Shown: positions 12,116 through 21,138 of the stretch, one piece after another | Layout: the number at the start of each line of letters is the position of its first letter | Position numbering within the stretch: the first letter of the stretch is position 1 | NCBI GenBank assembly: GCA_963777325.1 | Contig: CAVZQE010000007.1 | Coordinates: 4,536-68,535, forward strand | Origin: an uncultured Alphaproteobacteria bacterium | Lineage (GTDB): Bacteria > Pseudomonadota > Alphaproteobacteria > Acetobacterales > Acetobacteraceae | DNA: 64,000 bases | Direction: 5' to 3' | The notes under the pieces: generated by a model | The model's input: the letters and a program-made list of their open reading frames with translations, nothing else | What the model was told of the DNA's origin: nothing | Database searches by the model: none | Translations under genes and position numbers: made by a program

Positions 12116-12931
12116 TCACGCCGGACAGTCGCGGCGGGCTTCCGGCACGGTGAACGCCTCGCGGAAGCGACGGAGCGCCAGTTCGTCGTCGGCCGAGGGC
12201 CAGGCTTCGAGGCCGACCGTGCCGGTGTAGCCGAGTGCCTTGAGCGCACGGGCAATCGCCGGATAGTTGATCTCCCCGGTCCCCGGCTCGCAGCGGCCGG
12301 GCACGTCGGCGACCTGAACCTCGCCGATGAAGGGCGCCGCCCGCCGCAGCAGCGCGATCAGGTTCCCCTCGCCGATCTGCGCGTGATAGAGATCGAGCAT
12401 CAGCCGCAGTTCCGGCCGGTCCACGGCCTTGACCAGAGCGAGGGTGTCCTCGGCTTTCGCGAACGGCACGCCCGGGTGATCGACCGCCGTGTTGAGGTTC
12501 TCGATCACGAAGGTCACGCCGTGCCGCCTGCCGAGATCCGCGATGCGGGTCAGCGTGCGCTGCGCGCGCATCCACATGTCTCCAGTCACGCGGGGGGCGG
12601 CCCTGACCGGCAGACCCCGTTCGTCCAGTCCGGTTCCGTGCAGGTTCAGGTGCGGGATGCCGAGCGTGTGCGCGACCGGAATGGACAGCGCGGCCGTGCG
12701 CAGGAGGTCGTCGGCGCCCTCGTCGTCGGCCAGCGTGCCGGTGATGTAGCCCGTCATGGACGAGAAGGTGGCGCCCGTCGCTTTGAGGGCGGCGAGGTCA
12801 TGGCGGGTCCAGTCCCAGATCTCGACCTGAAAGCCCAGCGCGTCGATGCGCCTGACCCGCTCGGCCATCGGCAGGTCGCGGAACACCATCTCGGCGCAGA
12901 CCGCGAGAGTGAAGGGGGCGGTTTCGGACAT
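12116..12931 (-). CDS. Xylose-isomerase-like TIM-barrel protein (hydroxypyruvate isomerase family)
   Basis: Starts MSETAPFTLAVCAEMVF. Contains NLNTAVDHPG, LMLDLYHAQIGEGN and GEINYPAI. Confidence 0.8.
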   Translation of the reverse strand: MSETAPFTLAVCAEMVFRDLPMAERVRRIDALGFQVEIWDWTRHDLAALKATGATFSSMTGYITGTLADDEGADDLLRTAALSIPVAHTLGIPHLNLHGTGLDERGLPVRAAPRVTGDMWMRAQRTLTRIADLGRRHGVTFVIENLNTAVDHPGVPFAKAEDTLALVKAVDRPELRLMLDLYHAQIGEGNLIALLRRAAPFIGEVQVADVPGRCEPGTGEINYPAIARALKALGYTGTVGLEAWPSADDELALRRFREAFTVPEARRDCPA

Positions 12932-13121
12932 GATCCATCTCCGGGGTGCGCGCGAACGGCTCCGGGTGACCGGCAGCGGTAGGACATTGTCGCACGCTTT
13001 GGGCACGCCAGGGCGTAGCTCGTCACGGAGCTGCCGTTCCACCGGAGGGGACCGCGCGGCGAACCGCGTCTGGCCGCTCGCGTTTCACCCCCGAGGCCGA
13101 TCCCGGCCTTTGGAGGCGTGC

Positions 13122-13310
13122 ATGGCAAACAGTTCGACCAGGACGACAGGCAACGACCCTGTCGAGGGCGTCGATCCCGGCGGTACCCGGCCAACCCGTC
13201 CAGGACATCCCGGCAAGGACGGCGCCCCGGCGACGGAGCAGAAGGTCGAGAGCGGCGACCGCAACCCGCGCACGAGCGAGACGGACGGCCCGACCGCGCC
13301 GCGTCCGTGA
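13122..13310 (+). CDS. Small hypothetical protein, low complexity (62 aa)
   Basis: ATG lies 6 nt after GGAGG. The product is rich in Pro, Gly, Thr, Asp and Glu with no hydrophobic core, so coding is uncertain. Confidence 0.3.
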   Translation: MANSSTRTTGNDPVEGVDPGGTRPTRPGHPGKDGAPATEQKVESGDRNPRTSETDGPTAPRP

Positions 13311-13700
13311 CCTTGACCGACCGGCGGTAAGCGTCCGTTCTGTTGCCCCCTGATGCACAGCCCTTAACGGAGAGTTAGAGCAGTCACGTCAGTTGTAAAT
13401 TGCCAGTGTAGACGGACACACCGGTGGGTTGCGAGGATCAGGGGCGGCAGGAGCGCGGGTGGTTCGGCCACGGCCACCGCTCCGGGGACGCCGAAGGACG
13501 CACTGGGCGGCGGCGCCTCGGCGCGGGCGATGTCGCCAGGCTTATTCGGGCGGCCGCTCAAGGCGTCATCGGCTCGTTGCCGCCGTCCTGCGGGCGCGGG
13601 CGGAAGCGCAGTGCGCGGCAGGCCATCTGGCGCGCTTAAACCGAGGCGATGACCGCCTGGAGCAACGGCACCCGGCTTCCGATACCCAGGTGGCGAACAG
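13307..13700 (+). repeat. Copy A of a duplicated noncoding element, preceded by a relic of a histidine-kinase 3' end
   Basis: Aligns with 15492..15835. Shared blocks include gtgaccttgRccgaccgg, gcgtccgttctgttgcc, tgatgcacagcc, gaggatcaggggcggcagSagcgcgggtg, ggcggcggcgcctcg, ctgcgggcgcgKgcggaagcgcagtgcg and gccgcctggagc. Confidence 0.8.
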
Positions 13701-13725
13701 CCATGCGTGCGTCGTTTTCGGGAGG

Positions 13726-15171
13726 CTACATGTCCTCCAGTTCTCGGCCGCGTGTCTCTCGGACGGCGCGCCAGACGAAAATGAGGGACAAGAAGGCCAT
13801 CGCCGCGTAGATGCCATAGGCGAACCCCAGGCCCGCGGAAGCAAGTAGGGGAAAAGTCTGCGAGACGATGAAGTTCGCGATCCATTGGGCCGCTGCCGCG
13901 ACCGCGAGCGCGTAAGCGCGGATACGGTTGTTGAACATCTCTCCAAGCAACACCCACACGACCGGTCCCCAGCTCATGCCGAAGAAGACGACGTAGAGAT
14001 TGGCCGCGAGAACCGCGACCGTGCCGGCGGTGGAGCTGAGAACCGGCATGGCGGCGGCGGCGCCGGTGGCTTCGGTCGGGGCGGTGCCGAAAATATAGGC
14101 CATCGTGCCCAGGGTCGCCGCCATGCCGATCGAGCCGATGAGAAGCAGCGGCTTGCGTCCGATGCGGTCGACCAGGACGATCGCGATGATCGTGGTGACG
14201 ATGTTCGTGACCGACGTAATGACGGTGATCGCCAGCGAGTTGGCCTCGGTGAAGCCGACAGCCTGCCACAGCACCGACGAGTAGTAGAAAATCACGTTGA
14301 TCCCGACGAACTGCTGGAACACCGAAAGCAGGATGCCGACCCAGACGATCGGCAGCAGGCCCAGCGCCGGCCCGCGCAGATCGCTGAGCGACTGCTTGGT
14401 TTCCCGCTGCATCGTCTGGTGGATCTCGGCGACCTTGACTTCGGGCGGCGGTCTGCGGCTGACGTAGTGGCCGAGTATGTGGGCGGCCTCGGCAAAGCGG
14501 TGCTTAGCGACCAGGTAGCGCGGTGATTCCGGGATCATCCCCGCCAGCACGCCGTAGGCGAGGGCGGGCACCGCTTCGGAGATGAACATCCATCGCCATG
14601 CATTGAGCCCGAACCACAAGGGATGGCTCGCCCCGCCGGCTGTCGTCGCGAGCGCGTAATCCACCAGCAGCGCCGCGAATATCCCGACGACGATCGCCAT
14701 CTGCTGCAAGGAGCCGAGCTGGCCGCGCAGGCGGGCAGGAGAGATCTCGGCGATATAGGCCGGGGCGATAACGCTCGCGGCGCCGACGGCGAGGCCGCCC
14801 ACGATCCGGAAGAAGGTCAGGGACCAGATGTCCCAGGGCAGCCCGGCTCCGATGCCGCTGATGAAGAAGAGCACGGCGGCCACCTGCATGACCACGATAC
14901 GCCCGTACCGGTCCGCGATCGGCCCGGCGAACCAGGCGCCGACGGCGGACCCCAGAAGGGCGCTCGCCACGGAGAACCCGAGCAGCCCGGCGCCGACCTT
15001 GGACCATTCCTGAATGGCGCTGACCGCGCCATTGATGACGGCCGTATCGTATCCGAAGAGAAATCCGCCCAGGGCGGCGGTCGCCGCCACCAAGACGATG
15101 CGTCCGACCGGGGGCGCGTGCCCATGAGCGCCGGGGGAGTCGAAGTCGCCGCCTGTTGCCTGGCCGCTCAT
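13726..15171 (-). CDS. MFS sugar porter (sugar:H+ symporter family)
   Basis: 481-aa 12-TM ORF. Contains GGFLFGYDTAVINGA, GRIVVM, PAYIAEISPARLRG, PESPRYL and PVVWVLLGEMFNNRIR. Confidence 0.93.
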   Translation of the reverse strand: MSGQATGGDFDSPGAHGHAPPVGRIVLVAATAALGGFLFGYDTAVINGAVSAIQEWSKVGAGLLGFSVASALLGSAVGAWFAGPIADRYGRIVVMQVAAVLFFISGIGAGLPWDIWSLTFFRIVGGLAVGAASVIAPAYIAEISPARLRGQLGSLQQMAIVVGIFAALLVDYALATTAGGASHPLWFGLNAWRWMFISEAVPALAYGVLAGMIPESPRYLVAKHRFAEAAHILGHYVSRRPPPEVKVAEIHQTMQRETKQSLSDLRGPALGLLPIVWVGILLSVFQQFVGINVIFYYSSVLWQAVGFTEANSLAITVITSVTNIVTTIIAIVLVDRIGRKPLLLIGSIGMAATLGTMAYIFGTAPTEATGAAAAMPVLSSTAGTVAVLAANLYVVFFGMSWGPVVWVLLGEMFNNRIRAYALAVAAAAQWIANFIVSQTFPLLASAGLGFAYGIYAAMAFLSLIFVWRAVRETRGRELEDM

Positions 15172-15390
15172 TCTGCTGTTCCTCCCGACGGCGAACGCGT
15201 TCTCGCTGGCTCTCCGGATATCTCACGCGAACCGCTGGAACTTACGCCGGGCGGCACGTGCTTGAAACAAGAGCGTACGCGATAATCACCATCGGTTGCA
15301 ACCGGCGTCTCGGAAAGCTCCCGGACGCCGCTCCGGACTGGCGGCGGCGGATCGCGAAGCAGGAGCCGGACCCGGCCGGAAGAGCCGCGA

Positions 15391-15433
15391 TCAGCGTCCG
15401 GGTGAGGGAATGAGCGGATAGGGAAGTCGGCGC
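15391..15433 (-). pseudogene. 43-nt relic of the 3' end of the 15940..16431 gene
   Basis: tcagcgtccgggtgagggaatgagcggatagggaagtcggcgc matches 15940-15983 (tcagcgcccggggcagcgaatgagcgggtagggaaagtcggcgc). The encoded tails are ..PYPLIPSPGR* and ..PYPLIRCPGR*. Confidence 0.7.
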
Positions 15434-15551
15434 CGGTCGCGGCGGCATCGGCCTGTCGGTCGCCCGCAACATCCTGGGCGCCCACGGCGGCGTGACCTTG
15501 GCCGACCGGGTGATGGGCGGCGTGCGGGCGTCCGTTCTGTTGCCGGTTTGA
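15414..15551 (+). pseudogene. Orphan 3' fragment of a sensor histidine kinase (HATPase_c G2-box region only)
   Basis: The frame opens after a TGA and reads ADREVGAGRGGIGLSVARNILGAHGGVTLADRVMGGVRASVLLPV*. There is no upstream kinase body. Confidence 0.7.
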
Positions 15552-15835
15552 TGCACAGCCTTCGATGGAGCGAAGGAGCGATCACGTTAGTTTGGCAACT
15601 ACTGCAAACGGAGACGCCGGGAGGTTGGGAGGATCAGGGGCGGCAGCAGCGCGGGTGCTTCGACCACGGCACGGCTCCGGAGACACAGAAGGACTCACCA
15701 GGCGGCGGCGCCTCGTGGCCGTCACTGCGGGCGCGTGCGGAAGCGCAGTGCGTGGCAGGCAATCTGACTGGGCGTTGGCCGCCTGGAGCCGCGCCAGCCA
15801 GCTTCCGCCGGCCGAGTTCGCCGAGCGCTTACAAT
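15492..15835 (+). repeat. Copy B of the duplicated noncoding element
   Basis: See copy A. A conserved hairpin, cactgcg-N14-cgcagtg at 15723-15750, corresponds to ctgcg-N14-cgcag at 13588-13611. Confidence 0.8.
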
Positions 15836-15845
15836 AGCGCGCTCG

Positions 15846-15867
15846 AAAGGGGCAGGCGGGCCTGCCC
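15846..15867 (-). terminator. Weak intrinsic-terminator-like hairpin downstream of the 15940..16431 gene
   Basis: Stem gggcagg/cctgccc with a 4-nt loop. On the minus strand it is followed by only CTTTC, so the U-tract is short. Confidence 0.4.
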
Positions 15868-15939
15868 GCCACGACTTCTGATTTCATCACCTCCGACCTG
15901 CAATGGCGGCAGCAGGAGTGTTCGTGACCCGCGCGCAGG

Positions 15940-16431
15940 TCAGCGCCCGGGGCAGCGAATGAGCGGGTAGGGAAAGTCGGCGCAGTGCGGGAAGGTGATC
16001 TCGTTGTCCGTCTTGCGCTCGACATGCAGGACGTCGGGTCCGTCCGCGCAGCCGAAGCCTTGCGCGCTCGGGCCATCCCCGAGCCCGAGCGGTCCGGAGG
16101 GCGCGGGCATGGCTTGGGCGAAGCGGAATTCGGCCCCGTTCGGCCCGGTGCGCGCGCTTTCGATCACCCGCTGGGCGTATAGCTCCGAGGTCAGCGTCGC
16201 CCGGAGTACGACATCGCGCGTGAAGATCACGACGGGTTGCGACAGGCAGGCCTGCGCCGAGACCCCGGAGGGAGTCGGGAAGATGCCGCCCGTCCAGGTG
16301 CCGAACAGCCACGCATGCGGCGGCTGCGGCGGCTGCGACGGAGTGGGCGGCGGAGCGGCCAGGACGCTCGCCGGCAGGGCGGCCAGGGCCAGGAGGGCCG
16401 CTGCAAGCGGAAGGGTCTTGGTGCGCTTCAT
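15940..16431 (-). CDS. Secreted hypothetical protein (163 aa)
   Basis: Signal peptide MKRTKTLPLAAALLALAALPASVLA, followed by a Pro-rich linker. I recognise no family. Confidence 0.7.
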   Translation of the reverse strand: MKRTKTLPLAAALLALAALPASVLAAPPPTPSQPPQPPHAWLFGTWTGGIFPTPSGVSAQACLSQPVVIFTRDVVLRATLTSELYAQRVIESARTGPNGAEFRFAQAMPAPSGPLGLGDGPSAQGFGCADGPDVLHVERKTDNEITFPHCADFPYPLIRCPGR

Positions 16432-16565
16432 CCTGATCCTCGCTGCCCGTTCACGACGGCGCGGACCATAGCGGCCCGGCGCCGATGCTCAACGGACAAT
16501 TATTGTATCCGGCGTTTCATGCGTGGCAGAAACCGCCCCGGGCCAGCCGCCCGCAAGGAGCCTCC

Positions 16566-17144
16566 ATGCTGCGCCGCCTCTACGACCGCGTTCTCGCTTT
16601 GGCCGCGAGCCCGCGCGCCGCCTGGTGGTTGGCGGCGATCAGCTTCGCCGAGAGCAGCTTCTTTCCGGTACCGCCGGACGCGCTGCTGATCCCGATGGTG
16701 CTGGCGCGGCCGCAGCGGGCGTGGCGCCTCGCGGCGATCTGCACGCTTGCGAGCGTCGCCGGGGGCCTGCTCGGCTACACGATCGGTCATGCCCTGTTCG
16801 AGCAGCTGGCCGGGCCGCTGATACGCCTCTACGGCTACGGGCCGCGCTTCGAGGCGTTCAAGGCGCTGTATGCCGAGTACGGGGTCTGGGTCATTCTCAT
16901 CAAGGGACTGACGCCGATCCCGTTCAAGATCGTGACCATCGCCTCGGGCGCGGCCGGCTACAGCCTGCCCGCCTTCATCGTCGCCTGCGCAATCACGCGC
17001 GGCGCGCGGTTCTTCCTGGTCGCGGCTCTGCTGCGACGGTTTGGCACGCCGGTCCGCGACTTCATCGAACGGCGGCTGACGCTCATCACCAGCGCCGCGG
17101 CCGCCGGCGTGGTCGGCGGGTTTCTGGTGCTGCGCTTCCTGTAG
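16566..17144 (+). CDS. YqaA/DedA-family (VTT domain) membrane protein
   Basis: AGGAG SD then ATG. Contains AESSFFPVPPDALLIPM..GYTIG..LTPIPFK. Confidence 0.85.
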   Translation: MLRRLYDRVLALAASPRAAWWLAAISFAESSFFPVPPDALLIPMVLARPQRAWRLAAICTLASVAGGLLGYTIGHALFEQLAGPLIRLYGYGPRFEAFKALYAEYGVWVILIKGLTPIPFKIVTIASGAAGYSLPAFIVACAITRGARFFLVAALLRRFGTPVRDFIERRLTLITSAAAAGVVGGFLVLRFL

Positions 17145-17152
17145 CGCCGCCG

Positions 17153-18073
17153 TCAGATCGTGTAGTTGAACCGCTCGTAGGAGAGTTCGTCGAGGATCTG
17201 GTCCATGCTGCGGGCCGGCTCGTCGGGCGTCTTGCCCCGCACCGGCCGGGCGGGCACGCCCGCCACCGTGGTGTGCGCGGGCACCGCGGCGAGCACGACC
17301 GATCCGGCCGCGACGCGGGCGTTTTCGCCGATCTCGATGTTGCCCAGGATCTTGGCACCCGCGCCGATCATCGCCCCCCGGCGGATCTTCGGGTGGCGCT
17401 CTCCGCACTCCTTGCCCGTGCCCCCAAGCGTCACGTCCTGCAGCAGCGAGACGTTGTCCTCGATGACGGCGGTCGCGCCGACAACGAGACCGGTCGCATG
17501 GTCGAGGAAGATGCCGCGGCCGATGCGGGCGGCCGGGTGAATGTCCGTCTGGAACACCTCCGAGCAGCGGCTTTGCAAGTAGAGGGCGAAATCCCGCTCG
17601 CCCGTCCCCCACAGCCAATGCGTCAGCCGATGCGCCTGGATGGCGTGGAAGCCCTTGAAATAGAGAAAGGGCTCGATCAGCCGGTCGCAGGCCGGGTCGC
17701 GCTCGAACACGGCCATGATGTCGGCCTTCAGCCCGTCCGCGATGTCGGGCAACTCGCGCGCCGCGCGGTGGAAGGCCTGAAGGATGAGCGACTGCGAGAT
17801 GACGTCGTTCTTCAGCCGGCCGGCAATGCGATGGAACATCGCCGCCTCGAAACTCGGCTGGTTGATGATCGAATCAAGGAACAGCGGTGCCAGCATCGGC
17901 GCGGCGGCATAGGCCTCCTCGGCCTCCCGGCGCAGCCGGCGCCACAGCTCGTCCGATCCCGCGTCCTGGCGGTCGGGCGACACCACGGAAAGATGGCTCA
18001 GTCTGGAACGAAGCACAGGCGCGTCTCCCCGCAGCGGCGAAATGGTAAATGCGCCGCAAACGGCCCGGTTCAA
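17153..18073 (-). CDS. cysE: Serine O-acetyltransferase
   Basis: N-terminal SATase helical domain plus hexapeptide repeats (DIHPAARIGRGIFLDHATGLVVG..GAMIGAGAKILGNIEIGENARVAAGSVV). The start may be internal. Confidence 0.9.
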   Translation of the reverse strand: MNRAVCGAFTISPLRGDAPVLRSRLSHLSVVSPDRQDAGSDELWRRLRREAEEAYAAAPMLAPLFLDSIINQPSFEAAMFHRIAGRLKNDVISQSLILQAFHRAARELPDIADGLKADIMAVFERDPACDRLIEPFLYFKGFHAIQAHRLTHWLWGTGERDFALYLQSRCSEVFQTDIHPAARIGRGIFLDHATGLVVGATAVIEDNVSLLQDVTLGGTGKECGERHPKIRRGAMIGAGAKILGNIEIGENARVAAGSVVLAAVPAHTTVAGVPARPVRGKTPDEPARSMDQILDELSYERFNYTI

Positions 18074-18183
18074 TATGCGGGCGGCCGATGGCGGCCGTGC
18101 AGGTCGCGCCCGAGGGCGAGAGAGCGGGCAAACCGGCGCGCGGGGCCGCTCGTTCAGGCCGGGAACGGGGAGGGGAGCCTGTC

Positions 18184-18585
18184 ATGAGCGCCATGCTGAT
18201 CGCGTCGTCGCCGGTCGAGATCGAGGCCCGCGCGGACCAGGCCGCCCTGGCCGCCGACGCCCGCGCGGCGGCGCTGCGTCTGTTTCACGACCTGACCAGC
18301 CACCTCGAGCTCACCCCGCCGGTTCTGGACGCCGAGGGCGGTGAGGACTGGCCGCGCCAGCGCTTCTATTTCGGCCGGGCGGACGGCGAAATCCGGCATC
18401 TGCTCGCGGCCCTGCGGACCGGCCCGCAGACTTCCGAAGTGGCGCCGGGCGGTAATCGGGCAGACGACGCCGCGCGCACGCTGTTCATTGTGGGAGACGA
18501 CGACGACTTCGCGGGCGTGCTCGTCGCCTGCGCCGACCCCGCGCAGATGCGGGACATCGCCACCGGGCTGGAACGCGCGCCCTGA
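18184..18585 (+). CDS. Hypothetical protein (133 aa)
   Basis: ATG follows GGGGAGGGGAG. The product is acidic and I recognise no family. Confidence 0.55.
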   Translation: MSAMLIASSPVEIEARADQAALAADARAAALRLFHDLTSHLELTPPVLDAEGGEDWPRQRFYFGRADGEIRHLLAALRTGPQTSEVAPGGNRADDAARTLFIVGDDDDFAGVLVACADPAQMRDIATGLERAP

Positions 18586-18666
18586 CCACGCCCCTCGCCC
18601 GATCCGATCCGACCGACAGCAAACGCACGATCGGGATGGGTGGCTGCCGATCCGGCACGCTGTCGA

Positions 18667-19158
18667 TCACCGCCCCTGTCCGGATTTGAGCACGTTGATC
18701 TTGCCGCTCGGCTCCAGCACGATCAGGCGGGTATCGGCGACGCTCTCGACGCCCGACTGGCGCAGCGCTTCGTTCAGGTCGTATTCGCTGACCGCGTCGC
18801 GCAGCATCGCGTCACGGAGCGCCTCGCCGTCGCGCGCCAGGTGGACCGGCGAGCCCTCGACGACGCTGGACACCCAACGCACGCGCGAGGCGAGTTGAGC
18901 CAGAATCCAGTGCAGCGTCATCAGCAGGGTCGTCGCTGCCAAGGTGCCGACCAGGGCTGCACTGCCGGTCAAGGCGCGGCTCAGGTTGGAGCCGACGATC
19001 ACCGAGACGATGATGTCGAGGGCCGACCACTTGCCGAACACGCGCCGCCCGGCGATCCGGACGACGGCGAGGCCGTACGCGAAGATCAACACGGCCCGCG
19101 CGCATTCCTGCCACCAGATGATCGGACCGGACGAACCGAAGATGTCGGCGAAGGTCAT
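18667..19158 (-). CDS. DUF421 (YetF-like) membrane protein
   Basis: MTFADIFGSSGPIIWWQECARAVLIFAYGLAVVRIAGRRVFGKWSALDIIVSVIVGS.., 163 aa. It is the in-frame tail of the listed 787-aa ORF. Confidence 0.8.
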   Translation of the reverse strand: MTFADIFGSSGPIIWWQECARAVLIFAYGLAVVRIAGRRVFGKWSALDIIVSVIVGSNLSRALTGSAALVGTLAATTLLMTLHWILAQLASRVRWVSSVVEGSPVHLARDGEALRDAMLRDAVSEYDLNEALRQSGVESVADTRLIVLEPSGKINVLKSGQGR

Positions 19159-19166
19159 CTGATCCG

Positions 19167-21068
19167 TCACCTCTCGTCGCTGCGGGAGGCGAGGGCGCGG
19201 GCGATCTCTTCCAGCGCCGCCGGATCCTCGATCGTCGGCGGCACCGGCGGCGTTTCCCCGTCGGCGAGGCGGCGGATGCTCGCCCGCAGGATCTTGCCCG
19301 ACCGCGTTTTCGGCAGTCGCGCGACTACCCGCGCCTCGCGGAACGCGGCAATTGGGCCGATCCGCGCGCGCACCAAGGCCACCAGCTCCGCCGCGACTTC
19401 GCTCTCGGGGCGCGCGACCCCCGCCTTCAGCACCACGAGGCCGACCGGCGCCTGGCCCTTGAGCGGGTCGGCGGCGCCCACCACCGCGCATTCCGCGACG
19501 TCCGGGTGCGAGGCGAGCACCTCCTCCATCGCCCCGGTCGAGAGGCGGTGGCCGGCGACGTTGATGACGTCGTCCGTGCGGCCCATCACGGACACGTCGC
19601 CGCTCGCCGCGATGATCCCGGCGTCGCCCGAGCGATACCAGCCGGGGAAGTCCGTGAGATAAGCGGCGCGATAGCCGTCGTCGTTTTGCCACAAGGTCGG
19701 GGCGCAGCCGGGCGGCAGCGGCAGCCGCACGCAGAGATTGGCGGTCTCGCCCTCCGGCACGCGCGCGCCTGACTCGTCGAGAGCGGCAAGATCGTAGCCG
19801 GGGCAGGGACGCCCGCCCGATCCGGGGTTCCGCGGGAACAGCCCGAGGCCGCGGAAGCCGGCGGTGATCGCCCAGCCGGTCTCCGTCTGCCACCAGTGAT
19901 CGATCACGGGCTTCTGCAAGCGCTCGGCCGCCCAGAGCGCCGTCGGCGGGTCGCAGCGCTCGCCGGCGAGGAACAGCGCCTCGAGCCGGGAGAGGTCGTG
20001 CCGCGCCAGGTGGGCGCCATCCGGGTCCTGCTGCTTGATCGCCCGCAGCGCGGTCGGCGCGGTGAACAGCACCTGCGCGCCGTGCTCGGAAGCGACCCGC
20101 CAGAACGCGCCGGGATCGGGCGTGCCGACCGGCTTGCCCTCGTACATGACGGTCGTGCAGCCGCGCAGCAGCGGCCCGTAGACGATGTAGCTGTGACCGA
20201 CCACCCAGCCGACATCGGAAGCGGTCCACATGACGTCGCCCGCGTCGAGGCCGTATACCATCTTGATCGAGTTGTGCAGCGCGACCGCGTGGCCGCCATT
20301 GTCGCGCACCACGCCCTTCGGCTTCCCGGTCGTGCCGGACGTGTAGAGGATGTAGAGCGGGTCGGTCGCCAGGACCGGCACCGGCTCGTGCGGCGCGGCC
20401 CGGTCCAGGCTCTCCGCGAAATCGTGGTCGCGGCCCGGCGTCAGCTCCGCCCGCAGGGCCGGGCGTTGCAGGACGAGGCAGGCGCTCGGCTTGTGCGGCG
20501 AGAGCGCGATCGCCGCGTCGAGCAGCGGCTTGTAGGCGACGACCCGCCCGGGCTCCAGGCCGCAGGAGGCGGAGACGATCAGCACCGGCTCTGCGCCCTC
20601 GATCCGGGCCGCGAGTTCGGCCGCCGCGAAGCCGCCGAACACGACCGAGTGGATCGCGCCCAGGCGCGCGCAGGCGAGCATCGCCATCGCCGCTTCCGGC
20701 ACCATCGGCATGTAGATCACGACGCGGTCGCCGCGCTTCACGCCGAGCGCCGCGAGCGCCCCGGCCAGCCGCGCCACGCGATCGAGCAGGGCGGCGTAGG
20801 TGAAGGTCTCGCGGCGCGCCTCCATGGCGCTGTCCCAGATCAGGGCGGCCTGCCCGCCGCGCCCGGCGGCGACGTGCCGGTCGAGGCAATTGGCGCAGGT
20901 ATTCAGTTCGCCGCCGGGAAACCAGCGCCCGAACGGGCCGGAGCCGGGGTCGAACGGCCGGTCCCACCGCCGCGTCCACGCGATGCCGGCGGCGGCCTGC
21001 TCCCACCACCCCTCGGGGTCGCGCCGCCATGCATCATAGACCCGGCCGTATTCCGTCTCGGTCGGCAT
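19167..21068 (-). CDS. prpE: Propionate-CoA ligase (acyl-CoA synthetase, Acs/PrpE family)
   Basis: The ATG at 21068 gives 633 aa. Contains YTSGTTGKPKGV, WWQTETG, the GRTDDVINVAGHRLST hinge and PKTRSGKILR. Confidence 0.88.
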   Translation of the reverse strand: MPTETEYGRVYDAWRRDPEGWWEQAAAGIAWTRRWDRPFDPGSGPFGRWFPGGELNTCANCLDRHVAAGRGGQAALIWDSAMEARRETFTYAALLDRVARLAGALAALGVKRGDRVVIYMPMVPEAAMAMLACARLGAIHSVVFGGFAAAELAARIEGAEPVLIVSASCGLEPGRVVAYKPLLDAAIALSPHKPSACLVLQRPALRAELTPGRDHDFAESLDRAAPHEPVPVLATDPLYILYTSGTTGKPKGVVRDNGGHAVALHNSIKMVYGLDAGDVMWTASDVGWVVGHSYIVYGPLLRGCTTVMYEGKPVGTPDPGAFWRVASEHGAQVLFTAPTALRAIKQQDPDGAHLARHDLSRLEALFLAGERCDPPTALWAAERLQKPVIDHWWQTETGWAITAGFRGLGLFPRNPGSGGRPCPGYDLAALDESGARVPEGETANLCVRLPLPPGCAPTLWQNDDGYRAAYLTDFPGWYRSGDAGIIAASGDVSVMGRTDDVINVAGHRLSTGAMEEVLASHPDVAECAVVGAADPLKGQAPVGLVVLKAGVARPESEVAAELVALVRARIGPIAAFREARVVARLPKTRSGKILRASIRRLADGETPPVPPTIEDPAALEEIARALASRSDER

Positions 21069-21138
21069 CGCGTCGCTCTCCCCGGAGTGGCGTCTTTCGC
21101 CGGATCTGGCACACGGGCGGCCCGGGAGCGCAAGGCCG

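Noticed and set aside
13307-13700. Duplicated element as a retron msr/msd, group II intron or IscB/TnpB omega-RNA
   Set aside because: No reverse transcriptase, IscB, TnpB or HNH ORF is adjacent, and I could not find a group II domain V-like motif. It remains unclassified rather than assigned.
18667-21030. Single 787-aa ORF
   Set aside because: Only its last 163 codons (the DUF421 protein) look real. The rest is out of frame over prpE, whose true frame is the 19167..21419 ORF.
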